NCBI GenBank assembly: GCA_963786935.1
Contig: CAWBAN010000003.1
Span: forward strand, 160,001-224,000
Source: an uncultured bacterium
Lineage (GTDB): Bacteria > Krumholzibacteriota > Krumholzibacteriia > Krumholzibacteriales > Krumholzibacteriaceae
DNA length: 64,000 bases
Direction: 5' to 3'
Positions within the stretch are counted from its first letter, which is position 1. Every line of letters starts with the position of its first letter. Shown here in pieces: positions 19,241 through 27,429 of the stretch. Below the pieces are notes generated by a model that was not told where the DNA came from, searched no databases, and was given only the letters and a program-made list of their open reading frames with translations. The translations under genes were made by a program, and so were the position numbers.

Positions 19241-21319
19241 TCATCCACTCCTCGCCGGAGGCGCCGTCGGGAGCATGACGCTCACCGTCGCCCCCTCGCC
19301 GCGCGCGCCCGCGATCGATATCTTTCCGCCGTGCGCCTCGATAAGGTATTTGCACATCACGAGTCCGACGCCGAGCCCCTTCGCCTTCGTGCTGTAGAAC
19401 GGGTGGAAGAGGTGGTCCTTCAGATACTCGGGATCGAATCCCGGCCCCGAATCCTTCACGGAAATCACGGCCCATGCGCCGTCGACCGCCTCGACGAAGA
19501 CCCGCACGGCGCCGCCCCGCCCCGCCGCCTCGACGGCGTTCAGCACGAGATTGTCGACGACGCGGGCGACGGCGGCCTCGTCGACCTTCACGCGCGCCTG
19601 AGCGCCGCCGGCGAACTCGAGCGAGACGCCCGCGCCCGCGGCGGTCTGCCGCAGATCGTTGGTCACCCGCTCGACGAGCGACGAGAGATCGACGTCGCGC
19701 CTCGCGAAGGAGGCGGGCATCTTGTGGACGTTGAGCGACGTGATGAGGCCCCGCATCTTCTCGACCGAGCGCCTGATCGTCTCGAGGGCGTCCTGCTGGA
19801 AATCGGCGTTACCGATATTGCCCCGCGCGTTCTCCGCGACGAGCGAGAGCATGCCGACCGTGTTCTTGAGATCGTGGATCACGAACGAGGCGAACCGGTT
19901 GAACGAATCCATCTGTTTCGCCTCGATGATGCGCTCCTCCATGAGCAGGTTGTCGAGGGCGAGCTTCGCCTGGAACGCGATCGTCGCGAGGAAATCCCCG
20001 TCTTCCTCCGTGTACGCGCGGCCGAGGTCCTTTTCGCCGAGAATGATGAAGCCGCGGTTCTCGTCTCCGGAAGCGAGCCGCGCGACGGCATGGATCCATT
20101 TGCCGTCCTCGCGCGCGAGGCCGACGAGCGGCTTCTTGAACACGACCACCGGCTCGCGCGTCGTGAGCTTCTGGATGTCGCGGATGAGGTTCGGATCGAG
20201 CTTCTCCTCGTCGAAGCCGTAGTAGCCGGTCTTGCCGGGGCCGAGATCGGCCCAGATGGCGCCGCGCCGCACGAGCATCGTGTCGCACAGCGAGCTGATC
20301 ACGTTCGACAGGAATTCGTCGACGGTGGCGCCCGAGGTCATGATCTCGGCGTACCGGCGCCATTCCTTGCGATAGTTGTACCGCGCGAGGTAGAAGTTCT
20401 CGCTCAGGAAGGTGCGCAGGCGCTTCTTGGCCTTGCCCGAGATGAGCACGGCGAGCAGGAGAAAAGCGGCGAAGACGCCGACCACCGTCGCGGCGAGCCG
20501 GTCGTACGCGAAGCCGAGATGCCGGGCGAGGAGCGTGATGAGCCCGAGGGAGAGGAGGTAGAGCCCGGCGACGACGACGCTCACGAGCGAGGGAGCCTGC
20601 CGCGGCCGCATGTACACGCGGACGCCGAAGAGCGGATATCGGGTCGACGCGTAGATGAATGAGACGCACAGGACGATGATCGCGCAGGGCTGGGCGAGCA
20701 TGAAGTTGCGATCGAGAATCGAGATCGCCAGCAGCCTGCTCATCGTGATGAAATTGATGGCCGACGCGACGAGAATGCCGAGGAACGGGTACTTGAGGGT
20801 GACCTTATCGGCGACGGTCGCCGCGCGGTAGATGTTCTCGAACAGAACGAGAAAGAAGACGTTGACGAGGAGGAAATAGGCCGCGGCGGCGTGCCCGAGC
20901 ACCGAGAACTCCATTCCCCACAGCGAGCCGTTCCCGTAGAAATGGATCTTGCCGACGACGAGCCGCGCCGGGATGACGAGCGCCGCGACGGCGAGCGCGA
21001 TCGCCGCGGCGATGACCCAACGCGCCGGCACGGCGAGGAGCGCGTGGTCCTCCTCCCGCACGAACGCGACGAAGAACGGGACGGCGAGCGCTGGAAACAG
21101 CACGAGGAGCGCGATGATCAGGCGGAGCGAGGCGAGAACGGTCTGCGGTGTGCTCGCGAGCAGCATGATGAGCAGCGCGATCTGCGTGGCGGCGAGCGCG
21201 ATCGCGGAGAGAATGAAAAACGTTTTCTGCGGTTCGCGCTTCCCCCTGATCGCGTACATGACGACGATCGCGGCGAGCAGCGCGAGAGAAACGAGCGTCA
21301 GGATGGCGGGGACCTGCAT
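19241..21319 (-). CDS. prsK: PEP-CTERM system membrane histidine kinase
   Basis: Multi-TM N-terminus, RYNYRKEW, GAF-like region, SFNRFASFVIHDLKN, DFQQDALETI, and HATPase (DSGPG, STKAKGLGVGL). Confidence 0.88.
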   Translation of the reverse strand: MQVPAILTLVSLALLAAIVVMYAIRGKREPQKTFFILSAIALAATQIALLIMLLASTPQTVLASLRLIIALLVLFPALAVPFFVAFVREEDHALLAVPARWVIAAAIALAVAALVIPARLVVGKIHFYGNGSLWGMEFSVLGHAAAAYFLLVNVFFLVLFENIYRAATVADKVTLKYPFLGILVASAINFITMSRLLAISILDRNFMLAQPCAIIVLCVSFIYASTRYPLFGVRVYMRPRQAPSLVSVVVAGLYLLSLGLITLLARHLGFAYDRLAATVVGVFAAFLLLAVLISGKAKKRLRTFLSENFYLARYNYRKEWRRYAEIMTSGATVDEFLSNVISSLCDTMLVRRGAIWADLGPGKTGYYGFDEEKLDPNLIRDIQKLTTREPVVVFKKPLVGLAREDGKWIHAVARLASGDENRGFIILGEKDLGRAYTEEDGDFLATIAFQAKLALDNLLMEERIIEAKQMDSFNRFASFVIHDLKNTVGMLSLVAENARGNIGNADFQQDALETIRRSVEKMRGLITSLNVHKMPASFARRDVDLSSLVERVTNDLRQTAAGAGVSLEFAGGAQARVKVDEAAVARVVDNLVLNAVEAAGRGGAVRVFVEAVDGAWAVISVKDSGPGFDPEYLKDHLFHPFYSTKAKGLGVGLVMCKYLIEAHGGKISIAGARGEGATVSVMLPTAPPARSG

Positions 21320-21325
21320 GAACGG

Positions 21326-22849
21326 TCACCTCTTGAGCCGCGCGAGCTCCCGGTTCGCCGCGTCGGCGAGCTCGGTGCCGGGGTATTTCGCGGCGCACGT
21401 TTCGAGCTCGCTGATCGCCTGTGTTCGGTCACCGAGCTCCTTCTCGTAAATCGAGGCGGCCCGCAGATAGTTCCGGCGGAAGGGGGAATAATCGGGATAA
21501 CGGTCGACGATCGCCGTCAGCCGCTCGGCCGCCTCCTTCCAGCGCTTCATCTCGGTGAGCGTGCGGACGCCGTACTGCTCGGCCATGATCCTCGTCGCGG
21601 GGAGACGCTGCCCCGATGCGAGCTTCTCGTAATGCGCGAGCGCTTGATTGTACGCGGCCGCCGCCGCGTCCTGCGCGCCCCGCTCGCGGTAGATGGACGC
21701 GATTCGAAGCGGCGCCTCGAATCCCTGAAGCGTCTCGGGGTAATCCGTGTAGAGCGATCGATAGCGGAGCGAGGCGGCTTCCGTATCTCCCCGGAGCTCG
21801 TCGATACGCGCGAGCTGCCATTGCGCCTCGACGACCGCCGGCACGCGATCCTTGAATTCGTCGGTGATCCGCCGGTACAGCGATGCTGCTTCGTCGAACC
21901 GCTTTGCGTTCCGGTGGATCCCCCCGGCCGCGAGGAGCGCGTCCGTCGCCTCGCGGCTCTTCGGATAGTTTTCGTAAACCGAGCGGTAGAGCTCGAGCGC
22001 CTTCGCCGCGTTCCGCAAGCCGTCCTCCTGGATTCTCCCCTCGAGGTACGTGACGGCCGAAACGTCCTGCGGATTGTCGCCGTAATTCTTTTTGATCTCT
22101 TCTGCAAACTCGCGCGCCCGGGTCCAGTTCTTCTGCTGCACGTACGCGGCGAGGAGGTTGAATCTCGCTTCGCGGAGAATCGCCGGATCCTCCTCCCGCT
22201 CGATGATGGAGCCGAAAACGCGCTCCGCCTCCGCGAGCCAGCGCTGCGCCCCGGCGGGATTTCCCTGCCGTTCGGCGAGCGCGGCGAGCTTGAGCGGCGT
22301 GACGAGGTAGCGCAGATTCATGCGGACGGTGAGCGCGATCGAATCGGCGGCGAGGAACCGCTCGGAGAACCGCGCGTAATAGCCGGTTGCCTGCGCGTCC
22401 TCTCCGAGCTCCTCGGAGATGACGCCCGCCGAATAGAGCGCGTTCGCGAGCGCGGGAGGGACGTTCCGCGCGAGCTCTATGGCCTTCTCGAAATCGCCTC
22501 GCGCTTCCCGGAGCAGCCCGCCGCGATACTCGAGCTCGCCGAGCTCCATCTGGGCTGAAACGACGATCTCCTCCATGCCGGGGACGGCGCCCATGGAGCC
22601 CGCGTACTCGCTCACGATTCCGCGATACGCCTCGGCCGCCTTCGCGATGAATTCGCTCTTCATGCCGCCCGCGTACAGGTCCTCCTTGAGCTTTCTCGCC
22701 TTGAAGAGCCTCTTCTCCGCGGCGTAGCGCTCGCTGTCCTTGGCCGGGCCGCACGCGGCGAGCAGGAGAGCGGCGGCGACGGCGACCGCTGCCGCGGCGC
22801 GGCGGGCGGCCCGGCCGTTCGAAGCGCCGAGCATCCGAGACTTGTTCAT
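21326..22849 (-). CDS. TPR-repeat lipoprotein (PrsT-like position)
   Basis: MNKSRM...LLLAAC lipobox; many TPR-like helices (YPKSREATDAL, YPGTELADAA); ATGA overlap with the upstream gene. Confidence 0.8.
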   Translation of the reverse strand: MNKSRMLGASNGRAARRAAAAVAVAAALLLAACGPAKDSERYAAEKRLFKARKLKEDLYAGGMKSEFIAKAAEAYRGIVSEYAGSMGAVPGMEEIVVSAQMELGELEYRGGLLREARGDFEKAIELARNVPPALANALYSAGVISEELGEDAQATGYYARFSERFLAADSIALTVRMNLRYLVTPLKLAALAERQGNPAGAQRWLAEAERVFGSIIEREEDPAILREARFNLLAAYVQQKNWTRAREFAEEIKKNYGDNPQDVSAVTYLEGRIQEDGLRNAAKALELYRSVYENYPKSREATDALLAAGGIHRNAKRFDEAASLYRRITDEFKDRVPAVVEAQWQLARIDELRGDTEAASLRYRSLYTDYPETLQGFEAPLRIASIYRERGAQDAAAAAYNQALAHYEKLASGQRLPATRIMAEQYGVRTLTEMKRWKEAAERLTAIVDRYPDYSPFRRNYLRAASIYEKELGDRTQAISELETCAAKYPGTELADAANRELARLKR

Positions 22850-23667
22850 GATCCCTCCTGTGCGGTTCGCGTCTTGACGAAAAATACCGTGAGCCCTCCC
22901 ATGAGGAGGTATGTCGCGACGAACTGGATGGCTTCCCCCGCTATCTGCACGTGAATGAGGAATTCCGGCGATATCTGGAACGCGATGGCCTCCGGATTCA
23001 TGCTCAGGAGCATCGTCGGGATGGTGAGCAGGAACGGCACGATGACGAGGAGAATCGATTCGACGAAGTGGCGTCCCGCGAAACCGAAGCTCCGCCGAAT
23101 GGCGTCGGGCGCCGAGCGACCCTCGAGGAGAACGAACGGGATCGTGTACAGGAGGAACGAAAGGCATATGACGCCGATGAGCGCGCTCGCGGCGAGGCCG
23201 ATCGCGGCGCCGGCGATTCCGTCGAGGAGCGCCTGGGGATACCGGAAACAGACGAACAGGGCGACCGCCGCGACCGCCGCGACGAGGACGAGGTGAACGT
23301 ACCGCCGCGCCGCCGCGTGCAGGCTCTCGCGAACGCCGAGCGGCGCGCGCTTCAATGCCGCGGCGACGAGCAGCACGGTCGCGCCCTGCGCCAGAACGAG
23401 CACGAACACCTCGAGCGGAATGTCGAGCCTCCCGAGAATGGAGCCCATGAAGAAGAGGTGCTCGGGATAGTGCGTGATCAGCTCGGCGTCGGAGCTCGGC
23501 TTCAGCAGCGTCCAGAAACCGGGCGCCTTCGCGCCGCTCAGCACGTAGAGCGCGATGAGGCCGAGCTGCAGCAGAAAGTAGAGGAGGAGCGGAACGGCGA
23601 GCGTGCCGCGCTGCAGGGACGAGAGGGCAGTTCCGAAGCACCTGAACACGCGCGCGATTCGATTCAT
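22846..23667 (-). CDS. Hypothetical multi-pass membrane protein
   Basis: About six hydrophobic segments; translationally coupled between epsI and the TPR gene. Confidence 0.75.
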   Translation of the reverse strand: MNRIARVFRCFGTALSSLQRGTLAVPLLLYFLLQLGLIALYVLSGAKAPGFWTLLKPSSDAELITHYPEHLFFMGSILGRLDIPLEVFVLVLAQGATVLLVAAALKRAPLGVRESLHAAARRYVHLVLVAAVAAVALFVCFRYPQALLDGIAGAAIGLAASALIGVICLSFLLYTIPFVLLEGRSAPDAIRRSFGFAGRHFVESILLVIVPFLLTIPTMLLSMNPEAIAFQISPEFLIHVQIAGEAIQFVATYLLMGGLTVFFVKTRTAQEGS

Positions 23668-24365
23668 TCGGTCCTTTCCGGTGACGCGGCGCCCGGAGCG
23701 GCGGCCGCCGCGCGCGGGGGCGCGGCGCCAGAGCCGCGCAACGCCTCATCGATGAAGGGCGCGAGAGCTTCCGCGAAGCGCTCGAGCTCGCTCCGGGCGG
23801 CTCCGGCCCGCTCGCCGGCCTCGTCGATCGAGAACCGCACGAACGCGGTCGCCTGCGGCCTCGCCAGAAGCGAGTTTTTCATCTGGTTCCATTTGAGCGC
23901 GAACTCGTTCGTGAGGATCCCATCGGCGCTCGAGAACCAGTATAGGATATCGTGCGTTTTGACACCATCCGATATCGTGAGATATTTGATCCGGACGGTT
24001 TCGCCGTCGAGCGACAAGCCCGTCGAACCCTCGTCGAGGATGACCCATCCTGCCCCGGGGTAGCAGTGCTTCGGCGAGTGTATCTGCGAGTTTTCGTGCT
24101 GCCGCCCGAAATAGCCGATGAAGAGCCAGACGAGGAGCCCGGAATCGCCGCGGTACGTTCGGAACAGGGTGGCGTCCGCCCCGAGCAGCTCGAGCGTCTC
24201 CGCGTCCTCGGTCTCGTCCGCGCCGGTGAAGGCGCCGATCCGCGCCGGAATGGAATCGAGGGCCGGCGCCGGCGGGCGTTCGATTTCCCGGTACCGGAGC
24301 ACGTACGTGTAGGCGACGAGCACGGCGAGCAGAGGGATGACGACGATGTATCCTCGAGCGCTCAT
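23664..24365 (-). CDS. epsI: EpsI family exosortase-associated protein
   Basis: N-terminal TM, IPARIGAF, LFIGYF, QIHSPKHCYPGAGW, YWF, AFVRFS; ATGA overlap with the exosortase. Confidence 0.9.
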   Translation of the reverse strand: MSARGYIVVIPLLAVLVAYTYVLRYREIERPPAPALDSIPARIGAFTGADETEDAETLELLGADATLFRTYRGDSGLLVWLFIGYFGRQHENSQIHSPKHCYPGAGWVILDEGSTGLSLDGETVRIKYLTISDGVKTHDILYWFSSADGILTNEFALKWNQMKNSLLARPQATAFVRFSIDEAGERAGAARSELERFAEALAPFIDEALRGSGAAPPRAAAAAPGAASPERTE

Positions 24366-25216
24366 TTTTTCCATTTCAGCGCGCCCCAGACGGCGAGCAG
24401 CATGACGAATCCCGTGACGAACACGATGAGCCCCGAGATCTCGTGGAGCATCCCGTCGGCGAAGGCGGGGCTGACCGCGGAGGCGCCGACGGCGGTCACC
24501 GCGAGACGGATCGTGTTCGCCGCGACGGCGATGGGGACCGACGACGCGGCGAGAATGATCCGCCGGCGGACGCTGAGCCCCGGGAGCGCGCACATGACGA
24601 GGGCCAGCGTGACCATGGTCATGAGGGACCGCAGTCCGCTGCAGGCCGCGACCACCTCGAAGGTGTAGTCGGGGAGCAACAGTATGTTCCCGTGCCGGAT
24701 GACCTCGAGGCCGATGAATTGGATGAGTCGCGCGCTCAGCCTCGCGCTCATGATCTGCATGGGGAAGGTGAGCTTGTAATAGATGATATACGGGAGCGGA
24801 ATCATCATGAACAGAAAGAGGAGCGGGAACGCGGCGCGCCGGACGAATTCCCATCCCCTGAGGGCGAGGAGGATCCCGATGAGCATGATCGGAAGCGACA
24901 CGCGCGCCGTGAAGAGCTCGGAGGCCGCCGTGCCTCCGACGATGAGCGCCGCCGCCGCGAGCATCGCGGCGCTTCCCGCGAGGATGGCCCGCGACCCGGA
25001 GGCCGCCCTGAGCGCGGCGCGCCTGCGCCACAGCAGGTACGCCGATACGATCGGCACGGCGAGCCCGTGCTGGTAGTTCGGGTCGTTCCAGCACTGCTTC
25101 GCGAGCGGCGCCACGACGGGGGCGTAGAGCGCGGCGAACAGCACGGCCGCGGCGAGCGACAGCGCCGCCGCGCCGCCTCGAACCGGTCGAACGGATGATG
25201 TTGCGGCATCGCTCAC
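24362..25216 (-). CDS. Exosortase (EpsH/Xrt family)
   Basis: WNDPNYQHGLAVP, catalytic VAACSGLRSL, ANTIR, LHEISG; multi-TM; GAAGGAGG RBS before GTG. Confidence 0.95.
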   Translation of the reverse strand: MSDAATSSVRPVRGGAAALSLAAAVLFAALYAPVVAPLAKQCWNDPNYQHGLAVPIVSAYLLWRRRAALRAASGSRAILAGSAAMLAAAALIVGGTAASELFTARVSLPIMLIGILLALRGWEFVRRAAFPLLFLFMMIPLPYIIYYKLTFPMQIMSARLSARLIQFIGLEVIRHGNILLLPDYTFEVVAACSGLRSLMTMVTLALVMCALPGLSVRRRIILAASSVPIAVAANTIRLAVTAVGASAVSPAFADGMLHEISGLIVFVTGFVMLLAVWGALKWKK

Positions 25217-25309
25217 GCGGGGCCTCCTTCGATCGCATATTCTTATATCATGGAGTCGCTTCGATACAAGCAGAATGAATGGGGCGGCGGCTCCGCGACG
25301 GATGGGGTG

Positions 25310-25347
25310 AAATAAAAAGAGCGGGCGCCTTCGCAGGGCGCCCGCTC
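25310..25347 (-). terminator. Intrinsic terminator of the PEP-CTERM gene
   Basis: 11-bp stem GAGCGGGCGCC/GGCGCCCGCTC followed by TTTTTATTT on the minus strand. Confidence 0.85.
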
Positions 25348-25377
25348 GAAACCGACGCGACGAACGAAAGGAGAGGC

Positions 25378-26100
25378 CTAGGCTCTCTTCCTTTTCAGAA
25401 TCGGAACCATTCCGAGGAGGCCGAGGCCGAGCAGGCTCAGCGTTCCCGGTTCCGGAGTCGCATGCCGGTCATTGTAGTACGACGCGTCATGCGAATAGGG
25501 GTTCGTGAACGTGCGGCCGTGAGAGTCGACTCCCACCGCATCGAAGTGAGTCCAGCTGTATCCGCTCACGACGACGTTGAGGAGGAGTTCGTCTCCCCAG
25601 CCCGGATTGGTCATCGAGCCCGACATATAATCGTAGGCGTTGATCTGATCGTTGTCGATCCGCCCGATGTTCATGAAGCCGAACCGCCCGATGGCCGCCG
25701 GCATATGGAATCTCAGGCTCGGATTCGGATCGAGCTCGCCCGGCAGGTTCGACCAGTAGCCGCCGAAATCGGTCATCTCGACGCCGTTGATCCAAACGGT
25801 CCCGGCCTGGCCGATCGGCGTGCTGATCATGAGGTAGGTGTTCATGAAATCGTACATGCGCCCCGAGCGGCCATGGCCGAGCGCGGTGGAGCCGCCGCCG
25901 CCGCTCGCCGGATTCCAGTAACCAACGACCTTGAGATCGAAGTTCGTGCTGTTCGTGATCCAGGAATCACGCTCCAGCGAATGGAGGCGCTCGTAGGTCG
26001 AGCCCACGATGTAGGTCTGAAGCCGCGGCACCGCGAGCGCGTTGCCGGCGATCACCAGAAGGAACAGGCTCATAACTGCAAGTGCGGTAAGTCGTTTCAT
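25378..26100 (-). CDS. PEP-CTERM sorting-domain protein (choice-of-anchor N-like)
   Basis: Signal peptide; AVPRLQTYI.G.TY...DSWI and NPYSHDA motifs; C-terminal TPEPGTLSLLGLGLLGMVPILKRKRA. Confidence 0.93.
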   Translation of the reverse strand: MKRLTALAVMSLFLLVIAGNALAVPRLQTYIVGSTYERLHSLERDSWITNSTNFDLKVVGYWNPASGGGGSTALGHGRSGRMYDFMNTYLMISTPIGQAGTVWINGVEMTDFGGYWSNLPGELDPNPSLRFHMPAAIGRFGFMNIGRIDNDQINAYDYMSGSMTNPGWGDELLLNVVVSGYSWTHFDAVGVDSHGRTFTNPYSHDASYYNDRHATPEPGTLSLLGLGLLGMVPILKRKRA

Positions 26101-26169
26101 TTAATCTCCTTTGCTCTGCGTCGGTTTCTCATATACTTACTTACCATTTATTCACTCTGCCATCCCATT

Positions 26170-26186
26170 ACGCAAGGGGCATGCCG
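26170..26186 (-). promoter_or_regulatory. Sigma54 -24/-12 promoter of the PEP-CTERM gene
   Basis: CGGCATGCCCCTTGCGT on the minus strand (GG-N10-GC), 70 nt upstream of the ATG. Confidence 0.8.
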
Positions 26187-26213
26187 CTCGGGTTAGAATT
26201 ATAATATGTTATA

Positions 26214-26226
26214 AATCAATGAGTTA
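26214..26226 (+). promoter_or_regulatory. IHF binding site
   Basis: AATCAATGAGTTA is an exact match to WATCAANNNNTTR, with an AT-rich flank, lying between the sigma54 site and the putative enhancer. Confidence 0.7.
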
Positions 26227-26266
26227 TGAATTGTAATGGTTGGGGTATTTTGCCCAGGCTCATAAA

Positions 26267-26283
26267 TGTAAGGATTCCCGACG
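26267..26283. promoter_or_regulatory. Putative PEP-CTERM box (PrsR upstream activator site)
   Basis: TGTAAGGATTCCCGACG resembles the TGTAA...CGAC dyad I recall upstream of PEP-CTERM genes; about 80-100 nt upstream of the sigma54 site. Confidence 0.55.
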
Positions 26284-26356
26284 AAAACCCCGCCCGCCGG
26301 CGACAAGTGCAATGTGCTCAAGGCGATTCCCTTTATGGGATGAGGAAAGATAGTCA

Positions 26357-26385
26357 TTGAAATTATACCGCGGCTATGATAGAAT
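26357..26385 (+). promoter_or_regulatory. Putative sigma70 promoter of the first WGAIKSLF gene
   Basis: TTGAAA-17 nt-TAGAAT with an extended -10 TG. Confidence 0.65.
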
Positions 26386-26540
26386 GAACAAAGGACGGGA
26401 TCTTCTGGGGTTTTGGATGATGTGACGAGATATATGAGTCAGTATCCTCAGACAGGGTGCGGTTAAGGAGGTGATAGAAGAGGTTAAAGGTACATGATAG
26501 ATGTTCTTGCATCAAGTTCGCAGCGTGGCTTTTGGCATTC

Positions 26541-26645
26541 AGCTTGGCTTCACGAGTCCCGATGAAAAGGAGTAGTCATGAGGGCTGCAATTATCGCAAC
26601 GTTGATTCTTCTGCTTCCGGCTGCTCTGTTCGCTGGCCCGACGAT
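26541..26645 (+). repeat. Near-identical 5' repeat (leader, RBS, signal peptide), copy 1; copy 2 at 27394-27497
   Basis: AGCTTGGCTTCACGAGTCCCGATGAAA(A)GGAGTAGTCATGAGGGCTGCAATTATCGCAACGTTG... shared with 1 indel and about 3 substitutions. Confidence 0.9.
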
Positions 26646-27126
26646 TGGAGTTTATTTCACGTACGCACCGACCCAGATGCACTACAGCCCGATGCCGTTC
26701 GAGCAGTTCAACGGCTATCTTTACGAGCATAATACGGCGTGCTATCTGAACGCAGTTGAGTATGCTCTCGAGCTTCCGGCGGGTATCATTCTGATGAGCT
26801 ACACTTTGCCCGCGGCGTATGTCGAGCTCGGTGCTCCCCTGACCGGTCATTCGATCGCGATTTGGCCTCCGATGGACGGCTGGAACCCCGGCTACAACCT
26901 GCTCAACACGTTCCGGTTTATGGCTATCAATTCGTGCCCGGCCACCGGCGGCACGTTGCTGGACGCGCCTCTCCGCATCATCGCGAACCCGGAGAGCGGC
27001 ATGCTTCAGTACTCGTGCTTCCCGGATAACAACCTCCTCCCCTACACGGGCTTGACCTCGATCTTCTGCCCGGAACAGTACGGTGTCGAGGAAACGAACT
27101 GGGGCGCGATCAAGAGCCTCTTCTAA
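26578..27126 (+). CDS. Secreted beta-rich (cohesin-like?) protein with C-terminal EETNWGAIKSLF tail, paralog 1
   Basis: AAAAGGAG RBS, signal peptide MRAAIIATLILLLPAALFA, own terminator, paralog directly downstream. Confidence 0.88.
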   Translation: MRAAIIATLILLLPAALFAGPTIGVYFTYAPTQMHYSPMPFEQFNGYLYEHNTACYLNAVEYALELPAGIILMSYTLPAAYVELGAPLTGHSIAIWPPMDGWNPGYNLLNTFRFMAINSCPATGGTLLDAPLRIIANPESGMLQYSCFPDNNLLPYTGLTSIFCPEQYGVEETNWGAIKSLF

Positions 27127-27182
27127 GAGCGGGAAAATCGCTTGTCCCGACGAGCCGGGCGCCCGAGGCGCCCGGCTTTTTT
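27088..27182 (+). repeat. 95-bp identical 3' repeat (tail coding region, 3' UTR, terminator), copy 1; copy 2 at 27937-28031
   Basis: GAGGAAACGAACTGGGGCGCGATCAAGAGCCTCTTCTAAGAGCGGGAAAATCGCTTGTCCCGACGAGCCGGGCGCCCGAGGCGCCCGGCTTTTTT is identical in both copies. Confidence 0.95.
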
Positions 27183-27183
27183 T
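27153..27183 (+). terminator. Intrinsic terminator
   Basis: Stem AGCCGGGCGCC/GGCGCCCGGCT followed by a T run. Confidence 0.9.
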
Positions 27184-27198
27184 ATCCGTGGATGAATG

Positions 27199-27227
27199 TT
27201 GTATTCTGACCCCATCTGTGATATAAT
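27199..27227 (+). promoter_or_regulatory. Putative sigma70 promoter of the second WGAIKSLF gene
   Basis: TTGTAT-17 nt-TATAAT with an extended -10 TG. Confidence 0.65.
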
Positions 27228-27429
27228 AGCCGCAGACAAATCTCACTCAATCTAAATGAATGCGTGGAGCTGCGGCTCGACGGGAGTTTGGCGCTTATTC
27301 GGAGAAATGAGACACGAGGAGGTGATAAGGGAGGACAAAGGTACAAAGGCCTATCTGCCTTGCATCAATTTTGGAGCGTAGTTTTCGGCACTTAGCTTGG
27401 CTTCACGAGTCCCGATGAAAGGAGTAGTC

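Noticed and set aside
21326..25238. Extended N-termini of ORF-track entries 21326..23749 and 23664..25238
   Set aside because: The extensions overlap real upstream genes in other frames; ATGA-coupled starts at 22849 and 24365 fit better.
26533..26548. Sigma54-like TGGCATTCAGCTTGGC (and CGGCACTTAGCTTGGC near 27386) before the WGAIKSLF genes
   Set aside because: The -12 position is GG rather than GC at N10 spacing, and good sigma70 promoters exist further upstream; treated as part of the conserved leader.
27307..27381. Possible leader peptide MRHEEVIREDKGTKAYLPCINFGA, and VIEEVKGT at 26471-26497
   Set aside because: Lengths and starts differ between the two copies and RBS spacing is poor. Conservation looks nucleotide-level, though translation cannot be excluded.
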